Below, one piece after another: positions 28,454 through 39,362 of a DNA stretch of 64,000 nucleotides. A program made the position numbers and the translations under genes. The stretch comes from Myxococcota bacterium (lineage in GTDB: Bacteria > Myxococcota_A > UBA796 > GCA-2862545). The notes under the pieces were generated by a model that made no database searches, was not told the DNA's origin, and worked only from the letters and a program-made list of their open reading frames with translations. The stretch's first letter is position 1; each line of letters begins with the position of its first letter. The DNA is taken from contig JBCCQY010000020.1 in NCBI GenBank assembly GCA_039208735.1, forward strand, positions 1 through 64,000, written 5' to 3'.

Positions 28454-31102
28454 CTACCGCTCGCTACCCCTCGCGTTCGAGAGTCGCTGGTGCGCCCGCT
28501 GCAGCGTGTGCCCCAATAGGCCCGTGCGAGGGACGTGACCTCTTCGGAGTTGGTCATCCGTTTCGTCTAGCCGCTGTTGTGCGGCCTCCCAGTTCCCAAG
28601 TCGCCATTGAAGTTCCGCCTCGGCGCACCCAAGCTGAATGACCGCTGAAAAGTCATGGTTCTGTGGTTGAAGAGCGGCCAGGTTCTGAATCTCGACGGTG
28701 GCGCGGTCCACCCAACCCAACGCCAACGCGGCGTGGGCGCGTTCCCACTGAAGCGCCAGTGCTTCATACGTGGAGCAACGTTCGATCAGCCCCTGGTCTT
28801 CCATGAGGAGGAACCATGCCTTTTCCGGCTCAGACATCGCGCGATAGACGCCTGCGAGAACGCTTGTGGCGTTGGCTCGGGCATCCTCAGGCCCATTGGT
28901 GGCATTCGCAAAGTCGTCTTGCGCGATGGACAGGGCTTCGGTGAGCCGACCCAGGGCCTGGAGCACGAAGACCTTGGCGCAGCGGCTCTTTGTCCATGCC
29001 GGCTCCTCGACCTGCTGGCCAAGCCTTGCCGCTTGTTGGGACTCCTGGAGCGAGTTGTCGAACGACCCGACACAGGCCAACGCGTGTGCGATGTGTCGCC
29101 GTATCGAGACTTCCCCGCTTCGATCACCCCGGGTCTCGTTGACGGCTAGCGCACGCTGGTGGGCATGCAGGGCGGGAGCGAACCAGCCCTGTCGTTGGAG
29201 CACCACGCCAAGACTGTCCAGGGCGAGTTCCTCGAGAAAGCTGGAACGGGCCACCTGAGCCGCGCGTACCATGCGTTCGAATTTGCGTTTTGCGTTGGGG
29301 AGGTCGCCTCGATCGATGGCATTCATGCCCAAGCGTTGAGTGGCCACGGCATGCCCGTACGCGTCGTGATGTTCGAGTTGGATCAGGGCTTCTTCTGTGG
29401 CTTGTTCCGCCAATTCCGGTTCGTTTCGGTAGGCGTAAATGAGGCTTAGGCGCATGAGCGCATACCCAAGTCCCACGGAATCACCGGCCGCTCTGCACAA
29501 TTCGGTTGCTTCGTGGGCGTAGGCGAACGCCACGTCGAGTTCTTGTTCCAACAGATAGAGCCAGGCGCGGAACCCAAGTGCGATGGCCCGTTCTCGAGGT
29601 TTTGCGAGGGGCAACACCCGATCGAGGAGTTCGGACAACAGGGAATGGGGCCCATTCAACCGAAGGGCCACATAGACCCCACAGGCGGTGGCGACCGCGA
29701 CGTGCCGATCTTCTCGTTGGACGGCTCTTCGGCAAGCCACCACCATGTCGTCGACGACCGCCAACAGGTCGTGGAACGGGAGGCTTCGCTCATCCCGATG
29801 GGCGCGGCGCAGGCGTGGTTCGGTCGCCAGCGACGCCAGGAGTTCTCCGTGGCGACGGTGCCCCGGGAGGCGCAGGGATTCCGGGACTGCCTCGGCCACA
29901 AATCGACGAATTAGCGGTGCAACGCGTAGCCGTGCGCCGTCTCGGCGCACCAACGCCACGCGTTGGAGGGCTTGAATGTCATCGATGACCTCCTCGAGCG
30001 ACCCCTCGACCGTGCGCGCAGCCTGTTCCAGGGTAAACGGTCTGACCCATGCGGTGAGATCGACGAGGACTCGCTGGGCGGAGGGGGAAAGGCGTCCCCA
30101 GGTCGCTTCGAGGACGGCTTGAAGGCTGCGATGTCGCTCGTGGACGTCTCGAGCATGCCGATTTCCCAGGAACGACAGGCGCCGCTGGACCAAGGCCAAC
30201 ACCTCATCCGCGGGCAATGATTGAAGACGATACGCGGCGAGTTCTAGCGCCAAGGGAATTCCGTCGAGTTCTTGCGCAAACTGCGAGCGAATCTTGTGGT
30301 CGATCGACAAGCCTGAGCGATCCTCAAGCAGCTGTTCGGCCACCGACGTTCCCAGCCCGTCGATCCAATGAAGTTGCTCGATGGACAAGCCAATGGGCTC
30401 GCGGCTGGTCACGACAAAGAACGTCGTTGGGGCGGCGGTTGCCCACACAGGAAGCAGTTCCGTCAAGGCTTCGAGCGCATCTTCGGCATTGTCAAGGACG
30501 AGGACCGAGATGTGGGCCGCAGCAATCGCATGGCCCAAGGCCGCTGGCGAATCCGACCCTCTGCGAGCGCTGACCGCCCGCATGACGCGAACGAGGACGT
30601 CATCGACCGAAGAGGCTTCCGCGAGATTGACGAAACGTCCGGACTGCTGACCCAAGAACTCCTGGGCGATGCGCGTTTTTCCAACGCCCGCGAGCCCGAC
30701 CAACGTGACGATGCGGGTGCCCCTCGCCATGCGTGAGCTGAGCGCGCGAAGCTCTGCCTCGCGACCCAAGAAACTTGACTCCGGGGCGCGATGGCGCGGT
30801 ATCTCGCGCACGGCCGGATCGCGGAGCCGATAGCCGCGTTTGGGTACGGTCTGAATGACGTTGCCCAACCGCTTGCGAAGCCGGCTCACGACCTTTGTGA
30901 GCGTCTCATCGCTGATCTCGGGCTCTTCGGGCCACAGGGCATCAAGCAAATCGTCCCGACTAAACAGCTGTCGAGGATGACGGACGAGCAGCAGGAGCAA
31001 ACGCCACGGCAACGGTGGCAACGTCTTGGTTTGTTCTCCGACCACGACGAGGCCGGCTGACACGTCGACCATTGCGCCGTTGCCGAGTCGATACCGTTCC
31101 AT
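28454..31102 (-). CDS. wHTH (OmpR-type) - STAND NTPase - TPR regulator
   Basis: SRDDLLDALW...TVPKRGYRL; GLAGVGKT; VLDNAE; TSRE; LDGIPLALELAA; TPR-like C-terminus. Confidence 0.92.
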   Translation of the reverse strand: MERYRLGNGAMVDVSAGLVVVGEQTKTLPPLPWRLLLLLVRHPRQLFSRDDLLDALWPEEPEISDETLTKVVSRLRKRLGNVIQTVPKRGYRLRDPAVREIPRHRAPESSFLGREAELRALSSRMARGTRIVTLVGLAGVGKTRIAQEFLGQQSGRFVNLAEASSVDDVLVRVMRAVSARRGSDSPAALGHAIAAAHISVLVLDNAEDALEALTELLPVWATAAPTTFFVVTSREPIGLSIEQLHWIDGLGTSVAEQLLEDRSGLSIDHKIRSQFAQELDGIPLALELAAYRLQSLPADEVLALVQRRLSFLGNRHARDVHERHRSLQAVLEATWGRLSPSAQRVLVDLTAWVRPFTLEQAARTVEGSLEEVIDDIQALQRVALVRRDGARLRVAPLIRRFVAEAVPESLRLPGHRRHGELLASLATEPRLRRAHRDERSLPFHDLLAVVDDMVVACRRAVQREDRHVAVATACGVYVALRLNGPHSLLSELLDRVLPLAKPRERAIALGFRAWLYLLEQELDVAFAYAHEATELCRAAGDSVGLGYALMRLSLIYAYRNEPELAEQATEEALIQLEHHDAYGHAVATQRLGMNAIDRGDLPNAKRKFERMVRAAQVARSSFLEELALDSLGVVLQRQGWFAPALHAHQRALAVNETRGDRSGEVSIRRHIAHALACVGSFDNSLQESQQAARLGQQVEEPAWTKSRCAKVFVLQALGRLTEALSIAQDDFANATNGPEDARANATSVLAGVYRAMSEPEKAWFLLMEDQGLIERCSTYEALALQWERAHAALALGWVDRATVEIQNLAALQPQNHDFSAVIQLGCAEAELQWRLGNWEAAQQRLDETDDQLRRGHVPRTGLLGHTLQRAHQRLSNARGSER

Positions 31103-31179
31103 CACGGCCGAGACATACCATGGACGCGCGATGGAGACGGTCAAGGTTCCCGCAAGAACGTCATCTTGCGGCAGAGGGA

Positions 31180-32553
31180 TCAGTGGGCGATGGTCGGGTC
31201 GATTCCTCGTTCCCGAAGGATGTCAAGGACGATCGACAGTGGCGTCGGACCGTCGACATTGGGCGTCCGGTCGTTGACGATGTTGTCGTTTTCTCCGTGG
31301 AGGTCCACCTCGGGCAGAGGGATGCCTCCCTCCGAACCGAAACACCAGATCATCGCCTGATCCGCTTCACCAGGAACGACCAGGCACCCTCCGGGAAGGG
31401 CTGCGCCCGCTCCAAGCACACGTGCATAGCAGTCCGGACCTTGTCCGATGCAGCTTCGAACCGCTTCAGCGTCCGTAGCCGGCCCACAAAGAGGACCCAG
31501 GACACCGCTTCCACCACCGTCACCCAGACCCGTACGATCCTTCGGGGAGATCATAGGGCCTCGATCGGGGACCGAGATCGCATTCCGAATTCGTTCGGCG
31601 CGGCTGCCGTCTCGGTTTCCGTCGGGCAGCTTGATTTTGATTTCGATGTAGACCTCGTCGGGAGACAAGCTGCCATCGATGGCGTCGGCGGTTTCCTGTA
31701 CGTTTTCGGGAATGATGTCTGGGTAGTTCCGCGGCGTTTCCCGCTCCGGGAAGCCTTCGGGGGGGTCGGGTTCCGGGGGGATGGTGGCCCGGTTCGGGTC
31801 ATCGTCGTCCGGCCCGGGGAGGGGCCTCGATTCGCCTTCGGCGGGACCTCCATTGTTTTCCGGCGTGAGCGACTCTTCGACCTCCCGCTCGGCGCGTTCT
31901 TCGTCGGTCTCCAGCGGTTCGGCATCCGGTTGGGGCATCAGCCGACGGCGGCGCTCTTCCATTTCTTCGATCAACGCATCGACGAGGCTGCTCGTTCCCG
32001 AATCGCTCTCGCCATCGGCCACGGGATTGATCTCTCCGCAGTCTGGCAGGAGTAGCGAAGCGAAATCGTCGAGCAGGGACTCCGAGGGAGCGCCGCCCGA
32101 GCCGCCGGAGAAACCGCCGCCGCCTCCTCCGCCGCCGCTTGTGAACCCGCCGCACGGACCGAGATTGGCGAGCATGTCGTCGATGGCGTCCACATCTCGC
32201 AGCCCTTCGCTTCCCAGGCAGTCGCCGGCCAAGGCGGCCATGCCATCGGTGCTCACCATGATCGATTCGCGGAGGAATCCATTGATCTCGGCCACGGACC
32301 AGTTGAGCGACGTCTCGTCGGGTCCGATCGCTGCAACAACGATCGAGTGATCCGCTTCGCTTACAATGGCCGCGAGCGTCCAATCCCCGACTTGGGTGTC
32401 GGCAATGTAGATGTCGTCGGTGAGGGGCTCGAGAACCGTTCCACTGAAGTGGGTCTCGAGCAGATGATCTGCGGTCAACTCATCGGCATGAGCGATGCTC
32501 GCGGTGGTGAGTGCCAACAGCGAGGCGGCACCCAACTGAACAACGTTCTTCAA
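31180..32553 (-). CDS. secreted acidic Pro/Gly-rich hypothetical protein
   Basis: AAGGAG RBS then TTG; signal peptide ending AHA; poly-Gly linker. Confidence 0.7.
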   Translation of the reverse strand: MKNVVQLGAASLLALTTASIAHADELTADHLLETHFSGTVLEPLTDDIYIADTQVGDWTLAAIVSEADHSIVVAAIGPDETSLNWSVAEINGFLRESIMVSTDGMAALAGDCLGSEGLRDVDAIDDMLANLGPCGGFTSGGGGGGGGFSGGSGGAPSESLLDDFASLLLPDCGEINPVADGESDSGTSSLVDALIEEMEERRRRLMPQPDAEPLETDEERAEREVEESLTPENNGGPAEGESRPLPGPDDDDPNRATIPPEPDPPEGFPERETPRNYPDIIPENVQETADAIDGSLSPDEVYIEIKIKLPDGNRDGSRAERIRNAISVPDRGPMISPKDRTGLGDGGGSGVLGPLCGPATDAEAVRSCIGQGPDCYARVLGAGAALPGGCLVVPGEADQAMIWCFGSEGGIPLPEVDLHGENDNIVNDRTPNVDGPTPLSIVLDILRERGIDPTIAH

Positions 32554-32771
32554 GTCGGTCTCCTTCAAGCGTGATTGGGACCATCAGCGGGGGGGAGCTG
32601 CGGCCTGGTCGATGTTCGGTTGGGTTCGCGAACGGCACCTGACGAAAACCTGACTGCTCCGATTTCTCCTCTTCGAGTTGGATCTTTTGCCCTCCGGGGG
32701 CACGGCCCGCCGCCGGGAGTGGACGCATCTTGCTGTGAACCCACGTTCGGTAGGCTCGGGGGGGAGAGTTC

Positions 32772-34914
32772 ATGGACGAGTTTCACTATGTGCGCATCCC
32801 GGGCGTCGACGGCGGCGTCGATTGCTGTGCCGGACCTGCCGTTGGCATCGAACTCGAGACGGTGCTCGCCGCGGGCGTACCCCCTTGGAAGGTCGGTCTC
32901 GAGCTGGTGGCGGCCCTGTGTGAGATCCTCGACATTGCGGACGCGGATGAGGTGACTCACGGCCTCGTCGAGCCGCAATTCATCTTCCTGGATGAGAAAG
33001 GAGCGCTCTGCCTCGAGGGCTTTGGCGTTCCTCGCGCATCCAACGCACCGAACGCCAAACCGGGGCAGCGTGCCTCCGATCGGTATGGCCTGGGCTACAC
33101 GGCCCTACGAATCTTGTCGGCCCGCCCGGTTGCGTTCCCCCTTTCCTCAGACATCGGCCAAAGACCACGATGATGCCGCCATCGACGCGGTACTCGAGAT
33201 GGATCTTGCCGGGCTGGATCAGGCGATGCAGGAGGACGTACAGTGGTTTTTGGCCAAGTTGATGTCGTTTGAGCCGTCCGAACGTCCGAGCGCTCTGGAT
33301 GCATGGAGGACGTTCATCGCCTTTGCCGCCACAACGGCTGGCCCGGAGTTGGCCAGTTGGGCATCCGACGTCGTGGCGGGAGGCGGGGAGCGAAGGGCGG
33401 TTGGACGTCAACCGACCATCGCCCCCGAACCCCTCGGCAACCCCACTCGGCTCCCGGGCCCCATGCCTACTCCGATGGCCTTCTCAGAGACCAATGAGGT
33501 CCTCTTTCAGCCTTACAACACGCTCTCTTCGTCGAAACCTCCGCGCGGCGTCGGTGGAGGAACGGCGACGGCGTACTGGAAACCCGAACAACTCGCCGCC
33601 ATGTCGCAGGGCCGTGAGGATGCTCCCAAGCCAAGTCGCAAGGAGCCAGAGCCTTCCGCGCCCCTCGAATTCGAGGAAGTGCAAACGCCGTTGGCGGTCC
33701 CGACTGCCACGCTCTCTGCAGATGAGAAAGGTGGTCTATTCCTGGAATATGTTGTGGCGGGAGCTTCGGTGGATCAGCTGGACTTCTCCAGGGCCAACCT
33801 TCGCGGGGCTCGGCTTGACGGAGCCGATCTCTCGGGCGCCACGCTCGACCGGGCTGACTTGCGGGAGGCCTCGTTGCGCGGAGCGAGCCTGACGGGAACG
33901 GTCCTTGCCCGGAGCAACCTCGTGCGGGCAGATCTACGACGAGCCAGCTTGGAGAAGGCGGATCTGCACAACGCGCACTTGCTCGAAGCCAACCTCGAGG
34001 AGGCCAGTCTGTACCAGGCGAACCTCAGCCGCGCCGACGTGGTCGGGGCCAATCTTTCCGCCACAAATCTCCGGGGTGTGGATCTATCCACGACGCAGGT
34101 CAGGTTCGCCCAAATCACCCCGGAGACCTATCGCAAGAGCAAGTGGACGTTCGAAGAACTGGCCGAGCTGCACGAGCGGGGAGCCTCGATTGGAGGCCTT
34201 GCCGACGAATTGGCACGCGCCGCGAAGCCCGGGCTCACCCTTTATTTCCGGACGGGCCTATCCGATCTTGATCACGCCGCCGTGCTCGTCTTGCTGCATG
34301 AATTCAAGGTCCTCCATCCAGATAGCGACCTCCGTCTGGCCGAGTTCGAAAACACGGGAACTCGGGCCCGATTGAACATCCGAGGATCGAACGAGGACCA
34401 CCTCGCCCTCGTTGCGGAGTGGCTGCAACAGCGACCTTGGGAACCCCCATCCCAGACCCGCCCGTCTTCGAGCAACGAACTCGTTCCCCTCGACACGCGG
34501 CCCTTTGCAGGTCCCAATGCCGAACAGATTTCGTTTGTGTGGGACCGGACGGGCCGCATGGAGCTTTGGCGTCGTGTGTCGAACCGCCTTGTCAGGCTGA
34601 AGACCTACAACAACGACCCGCCATCTGCCTTGTTGCTTCACTACCGACTTCTTGTCACCGCGTTTACGCCTTCTGAACTGGAGCGGCTCGTTCCACTCCA
34701 TCGTGCGGATGTGGCGCTGGAGGTCAACTTCAGCGGTTCGAGCAAGGCTGTGGCGAGCCAGGTCGCATCCGTCATGGAGCGGTGCGTCGTGTCACTGGAT
34801 TGGTTTCGTGTGCTCATGACGGAACGGCCCTTGCTTGCTGGCCAGATCGCGTTCGTGGCCGCGACGTACGGCTTTCAGGACATGGGTTTGATCGAGACCG
34901 CCCAAGCGAGATGA
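32772..34914 (+). pseudogene. frameshifted pseudokinase - pentapeptide repeat - EAD-like protein
   Basis: First frame: HGLVEPQFIFLDEKGALCLEGFG...SDRYGLG; +1 frame: LMSFEPSERPSA (kinase subdomain XI-like), A(D/N)LxxA repeats and a helical C-terminus; frames join near 33137-33144. Confidence 0.7.
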
Positions 34915-35089
34915 GCGCTCCGGAAAAGCCGTGGAGCCAGACGAATCGCGGATGGCCGGGCGCGCCCCATTCGAGCCAATGCAGTCGCCGACCCCCAGGA
35001 GCGAGACGAACGTGCGCCGAGGCACCGATGCGTCTTCGTTGCCACCATCGGGTCGCGTTCAGCGTCCATTCCCCGAGCCAGGCGAGCAT
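34912..35089 (-). pseudogene. N-terminal fragment of an alpha/beta hydrolase
   Basis: RLHWLEWGAPGHPRFVWLHGFSG, after which similarity stops where the convergent gene ends; start overlaps the upstream stop. Confidence 0.65.
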
Positions 35090-35586
35090 CAGGGGCGAGC
35101 CTGGGTCGATGCCCGCACGTAGGGAACGGTCCAGGTCATGTCTACGGGCAGCTTCTTGCTTTGGACAAGGTGGGTGACGGACATTCCATTCGCAGAGAAG
35201 ACGTAGGTGAACAGCTTTCCACCTTCCTCTTCTCGAAAGTCGAGGAGCAGGTCATCACCTCGGCGAGAGAGTTGCGTCTTGAGTGGGCCCGTGTCCCCTT
35301 CGTACATCCCCTCACGGCCTACTTGCCAGCGGAATACTGGCTCATCTTGGCATTGGACCATGAAGTCCACGCCGGCAAGCTCCACCTTGAGTTCAGGGCA
35401 GGCTTTGAAGAGCGCTTCGAGCCGACGACGTGCAAACGGACGGGTGAAGGGACCAAACGGCTCGAGCGAACGTTCGACCGCTTCGCGCTTGAGCGCTGCG
35501 ATGGCTTCGGGACCCAGGCTGATGCGATAGGTGGTCGAGACCGTCGGGGGCGCAGCGAGAGCCGAGGTCATCAGGGTAAAAATCAC
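35089..35586 (-). CDS. secreted hypothetical protein
   Basis: GAGG RBS, short signal peptide, 165 aa. Confidence 0.75.
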   Translation of the reverse strand: MIFTLMTSALAAPPTVSTTYRISLGPEAIAALKREAVERSLEPFGPFTRPFARRRLEALFKACPELKVELAGVDFMVQCQDEPVFRWQVGREGMYEGDTGPLKTQLSRRGDDLLLDFREEEGGKLFTYVFSANGMSVTHLVQSKKLPVDMTWTVPYVRASTQARP

Positions 35587-35779
35587 ATCCTCTCCAGAGC
35601 CGGACGACCGAAATCTATACCCGTATTGGTGAAGGGTCGAGTGGATCGCCGACGGGATCTTGTTGAGCCGATAGAAGCAGCGTCGAAGTTTGCAGGTTCA
35701 CCAATCTAAAGATTGGAATTGTGACGCGGAGGTCGACGGATCGTCGGTGTAGGCGCACCGGAAGACGTTACACCGCAGC

Positions 35780-36385
35780 ATGCCGAGGCGCACCAACACT
35801 CGTGAAGCCATTCTTGAGGCAGCAAGCACATTGTTGCGCGAGAAGGGCGAGCATGCGGTCACGACCCGCGCCGTCACGAAGATCGTCGGCATCTCCCAGC
35901 CCACGTTCTATGCTCACTTCGAGAGCGTTGATGAGCTGATCGTCGAACTTGCGTCCCGGGTTGCCGCCAACCTCATCCGGCTCTTGAGGGAGTCGCAGGC
36001 TTGGTTGCGGACCAATGGGCCCAAGGATCCCGAACGACTCGTTGAACACTACGAGGGCGTGCTCCAAAGAGCCCTTGCACAGCGCAGTCTCATCGAGGTC
36101 TATCTACGTCACCGTTGGCTGGACTCGAGCGTCGGTGAGTTCTGTCGGGAGGTCGATCGGACCGTCGAGTCCAGTATTATCGACCACGTCATCACCACCT
36201 CGGACGGGGAAGGGCCGACGAGCGACTACCACGAGGTTCGGCAGTTCGCGCGGGTGGTGAGCCACGGGTTCTTCAGTGCCCTGGCCGTGCAGTTGGAGAT
36301 GGACATCAATGCCCGTCGAATGGCTCGGCTCCTCGCTCTTCAGACGCTAGCCGCCGTCGACGTGTTCTTTGGACCGCAGGCGTAG
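35780..36385 (+). CDS. TetR-family regulator
   Basis: TREAILEAA...TTRAVTKIVGISQPTFYAHF. Confidence 0.92.
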   Translation: MPRRTNTREAILEAASTLLREKGEHAVTTRAVTKIVGISQPTFYAHFESVDELIVELASRVAANLIRLLRESQAWLRTNGPKDPERLVEHYEGVLQRALAQRSLIEVYLRHRWLDSSVGEFCREVDRTVESSIIDHVITTSDGEGPTSDYHEVRQFARVVSHGFFSALAVQLEMDINARRMARLLALQTLAAVDVFFGPQA

Positions 36386-36392
36386 GCCTGGT

Positions 36393-37196
36393 TCAGCGCT
36401 GAAGCGCGGCGATGACCTCTGGGCAGACCGACTCGAGACAGGCGGTGTAGAATTCGTCACGCGCCAGCGTCTTCGCCAGAGCTTTCAGCGCGAATGAGTT
36501 CCCGAGGAACTCCGCATAGGTGCTGCACTCCAGTTCCAGCACGAACTGCGGCGGACACTCCTGCTTCAGGAGGTCCAGAAACTCATTGTAGGCGTTGCCC
36601 GTTCCGCCGCCACATTCGAGGGTACGCAGGATGGGCCAGTAGTACCCGACGTGCAGATCGGTGTTGGGCGTCGTCGTAGGTCCGAGTTGCCGGGCCAAAG
36701 GCTCGTTGCAGCTGACGAACGGGTCGCGGCGCACCACGTTGTACCCAGGCTGTAGGTCGAGCAGATCAAGGCCCAGAGCTGGCGGCGGGTCGTTAGGGTC
36801 GACCCACACAAGAGCCGCCTCAAAGGCCCCGCCGAGAATGGGCTCTTCCCCACCCCACCGAGCATCTCCATCTTGGTCGTCGAACAAAACGATGTCCCCC
36901 ACCGCGGCTTCGACGCCTGCCGTGCCAGACAGAGGCTGCACCGCGGACGGATCCGGCGGCGCGAAGACATCGAGGGTGTATCGGGCGGGAAACGAGGTTT
37001 GGACCAACACAGGCTGGGACCGGACCTCGGGGGAGGCCGCCTGGGTCCACACGATGGCCACGCTCACTTCGACCGTGGACGCATCGAGTTCGTCCTCGAA
37101 GACGTTTCCGTCCAACCGAAACAGCGGCTCACCCAAATAGGCCCCGTCGACCACACTTCCGCAGCCGAACGCAAAGAACCACCACTCAACGAACAT
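36393..37196 (-). CDS. hypothetical lipoprotein
   Basis: AFGC lipobox-like, YLGEPLF, FPARYTLDVF; overlaps the end of the caspase gene. Confidence 0.75.
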   Translation of the reverse strand: MFVEWWFFAFGCGSVVDGAYLGEPLFRLDGNVFEDELDASTVEVSVAIVWTQAASPEVRSQPVLVQTSFPARYTLDVFAPPDPSAVQPLSGTAGVEAAVGDIVLFDDQDGDARWGGEEPILGGAFEAALVWVDPNDPPPALGLDLLDLQPGYNVVRRDPFVSCNEPLARQLGPTTTPNTDLHVGYYWPILRTLECGGGTGNAYNEFLDLLKQECPPQFVLELECSTYAEFLGNSFALKALAKTLARDEFYTACLESVCPEVIAALQR

Positions 37197-38715
37197 AGTG
37201 AACCCACTCGAGCGAGAAGACAGGCAGCACGTTTGATTCGAGTGCCTCGGTGCGCGCCGTGGCATCGAACCGGCGGTAGAGTTGGACGTCGGGGCCGCCC
37301 GACAGCGCGATGACCGAACGCCCAACCGGAACGTCCAACCCCAGCACCGGGCCCACCCGTCCGGTCAAGGCCTGCCGGGGAGGCGCATCCCCGGACGAGT
37401 CAAACCACTGGGCAATCCCATGTCCTCCGAGTCGCACCCCGAGCCCAAAGGCCACTGGCCCCGCGTCGATCTTTTTGATGCCCGCAAACTCTACGCCCGC
37501 GAGGGCCTGCGTCAGCACGAGCCCCGGAGCGGCGTCGCGAAAGCCCGCCCCCGTCAAGCGAAGTTGGAGCGTGATGGGTTCCAGATCGACGAGCACGCCG
37601 AGATGCCCCGCCAGCGAAGGCGGCAGGCCCGGGGCGGTGGGACCGAGAAGCCCGGGGCCTAAGGTGACGGCCCACGCCGCTCGCTCTTCCTCCAACCCCT
37701 TGCGCACGGTCCGACCGGGAGACACCGTGGGCATCCGTGACGCCACCATCCGATGGCTCTCGCGGCGCGAAAACGTTGCCCGCGTCTCGCGTACGCCCCC
37801 GTCCTCGCGCAACCTCACCAGGTACGACCCAGGAGGCACCGAGAGCATCGCCTCGGTTTCTACGTCGACCTCGAGCAGCAGTGTCTCGGCCTCTCCCGAG
37901 AACAGCCACCACTGACCGGGCCCGTCAAGCACCACGCTGGCCGTTCGGTGGGGCTCCGCCACTTGGGTGAGCACCAAGTCCGAACGTCCCGAGAGCGTAA
38001 AGCCGAAGCTCGGGCGCTGGACGAATCGCGCCGTGCTCGTGGACTTCACCGTTTCCGAGTACCCGTATTGGTAGGCCTCGGTCAGCGTGATCCGCTGGTC
38101 TCCGCTCGCATCGGCCGCGCCCATCAGCCCAGCCACGAAGTGATGGGTGAAGATGCCGCCCTTCAAGCGGTCCGACTCCTGCGCGTCTTCGCCAACCGCA
38201 CTGCTCGTGATGATGGCCATGCCTTCGGTATCGAGTCGATCGTCGGCCCGAATCACAAAGGGCTCGGCCGGGGTGGCCCCTTTAAGCCGCGTGAGTTCCC
38301 CCGATTGACAGGCATCAACGACCAGCACCCGTACATCGACATCGACAGCCTGCAAGGCGGCGGTAAGCGTGGAGAACGGTAATTGCGAGTTGGATAGCCG
38401 CAACCCATCCTCTCCGCCGTGGCCCGAGTAGTAGAAGAACAGCAGGTCTTCTTCGTCTTCCGCGCCCCGTCGACGGACCCGTTCCGCAAGATGGGACAGC
38501 GCGGAGAGCACCCGGTCGGCGTCGGCATTTCGAAGGTCGACGATGTCTTCGGACCGAACGCCCCCGAGTTCCTCGAGCACCCACGCCACGCGGGACGCGT
38601 CGCGCTCGGCGTAGTGCAGGGGCTCGTCGGACCGCCCCCCGTCATTTGCTCCAACGACCACCGCGTAACGATGCACATCGGCGGCCCAGGCCATGGACGC
38701 AAGGGTCAGAATCAC
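37186..38715 (-). CDS. secreted caspase-family (peptidase C14) protein with C-terminal beta-strand-rich domain
   Basis: RYAVVVGANDG, LHYAERDA, YYSGHG, DACQSG, ESDRLKGGIFTH. Confidence 0.92.
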   Translation of the reverse strand: MILTLASMAWAADVHRYAVVVGANDGGRSDEPLHYAERDASRVAWVLEELGGVRSEDIVDLRNADADRVLSALSHLAERVRRRGAEDEEDLLFFYYSGHGGEDGLRLSNSQLPFSTLTAALQAVDVDVRVLVVDACQSGELTRLKGATPAEPFVIRADDRLDTEGMAIITSSAVGEDAQESDRLKGGIFTHHFVAGLMGAADASGDQRITLTEAYQYGYSETVKSTSTARFVQRPSFGFTLSGRSDLVLTQVAEPHRTASVVLDGPGQWWLFSGEAETLLLEVDVETEAMLSVPPGSYLVRLREDGGVRETRATFSRRESHRMVASRMPTVSPGRTVRKGLEEERAAWAVTLGPGLLGPTAPGLPPSLAGHLGVLVDLEPITLQLRLTGAGFRDAAPGLVLTQALAGVEFAGIKKIDAGPVAFGLGVRLGGHGIAQWFDSSGDAPPRQALTGRVGPVLGLDVPVGRSVIALSGGPDVQLYRRFDATARTEALESNVLPVFSLEWVHYVR

Positions 38716-39362
38716 CGCTTCTCCAGCTCGACCACGTCAACCATGCAACCCGGCGGAACCGTGTCGTCCATCGCCACGCGCTCGGCAACGTCCAGCTCGA
38801 AGGAGGTTTCACACCACAGGAGCACGAGCCGTTCGGTCCCAAGTGCGTCATCGAGTCGAATCGCGGAGTCGAGATCGACCGCGTGATCCGTGGCGGCAAA
38901 CGGCACGGAGGCTTCGGCGTCTTGGGGGTAGCTTAGGTAGGGAGGCTGTTGTCCGTCGGTGCCGACCACCATGATGTGGCCCTCCTCGCGGACCCGAACG
39001 CGGAAGCCCAGTCGGTCCCCCGGGGCGACCTCATCCCCGGGAGCCAGGCGGCGGCTCTTGGGCCCTTCGTCCCGGAACACCTGAAGCTCGACCCCGCCTC
39101 CCTTGACGCGAATCCCGTCGGGGCTACTCGATAGCACCAAGAGGGCCGTCGCGGCCATGGCAAGCGGTGCGGCGGCGTACCACCACCTTGGCGGACGCCG
39201 GACCCGTCGGGGCGGAACCACCACGCCCCCGGCGGCCCGAAGGCGAGCTGAGCACATGTCGCAGTGCTCGAGGTGTTCGGTCGTCCCCTCCAGCGGCTCG
39301 CCGTCAAGTGCATACTCGATCGCGAGATCGGAGAGATGGCCGTCCCGTCGAAGGCCCGTCAT
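38712..39362 (-). CDS. zinc-finger anti-sigma factor with DUF4384-like extracytoplasmic domain
   Basis: HLSD...HLEHCDMC, TM segment, RVKGG, PGDRLGF, LDDALGTER. Confidence 0.85.
   Translation of the reverse strand: MTGLRRDGHLSDLAIEYALDGEPLEGTTEHLEHCDMCSARLRAAGGVVVPPRRVRRPPRWWYAAAPLAMAATALLVLSSSPDGIRVKGGGVELQVFRDEGPKSRRLAPGDEVAPGDRLGFRVRVREEGHIMVVGTDGQQPPYLSYPQDAEASVPFAATDHAVDLDSAIRLDDALGTERLVLLWCETSFELDVAERVAMDDTVPPGCMVDVVELEKR

Noticed and set aside
32565..32978. Minus-strand 137-aa ORF
   Set aside because: It is a shadow of the plus-strand kinase-like ORF starting at 32772.
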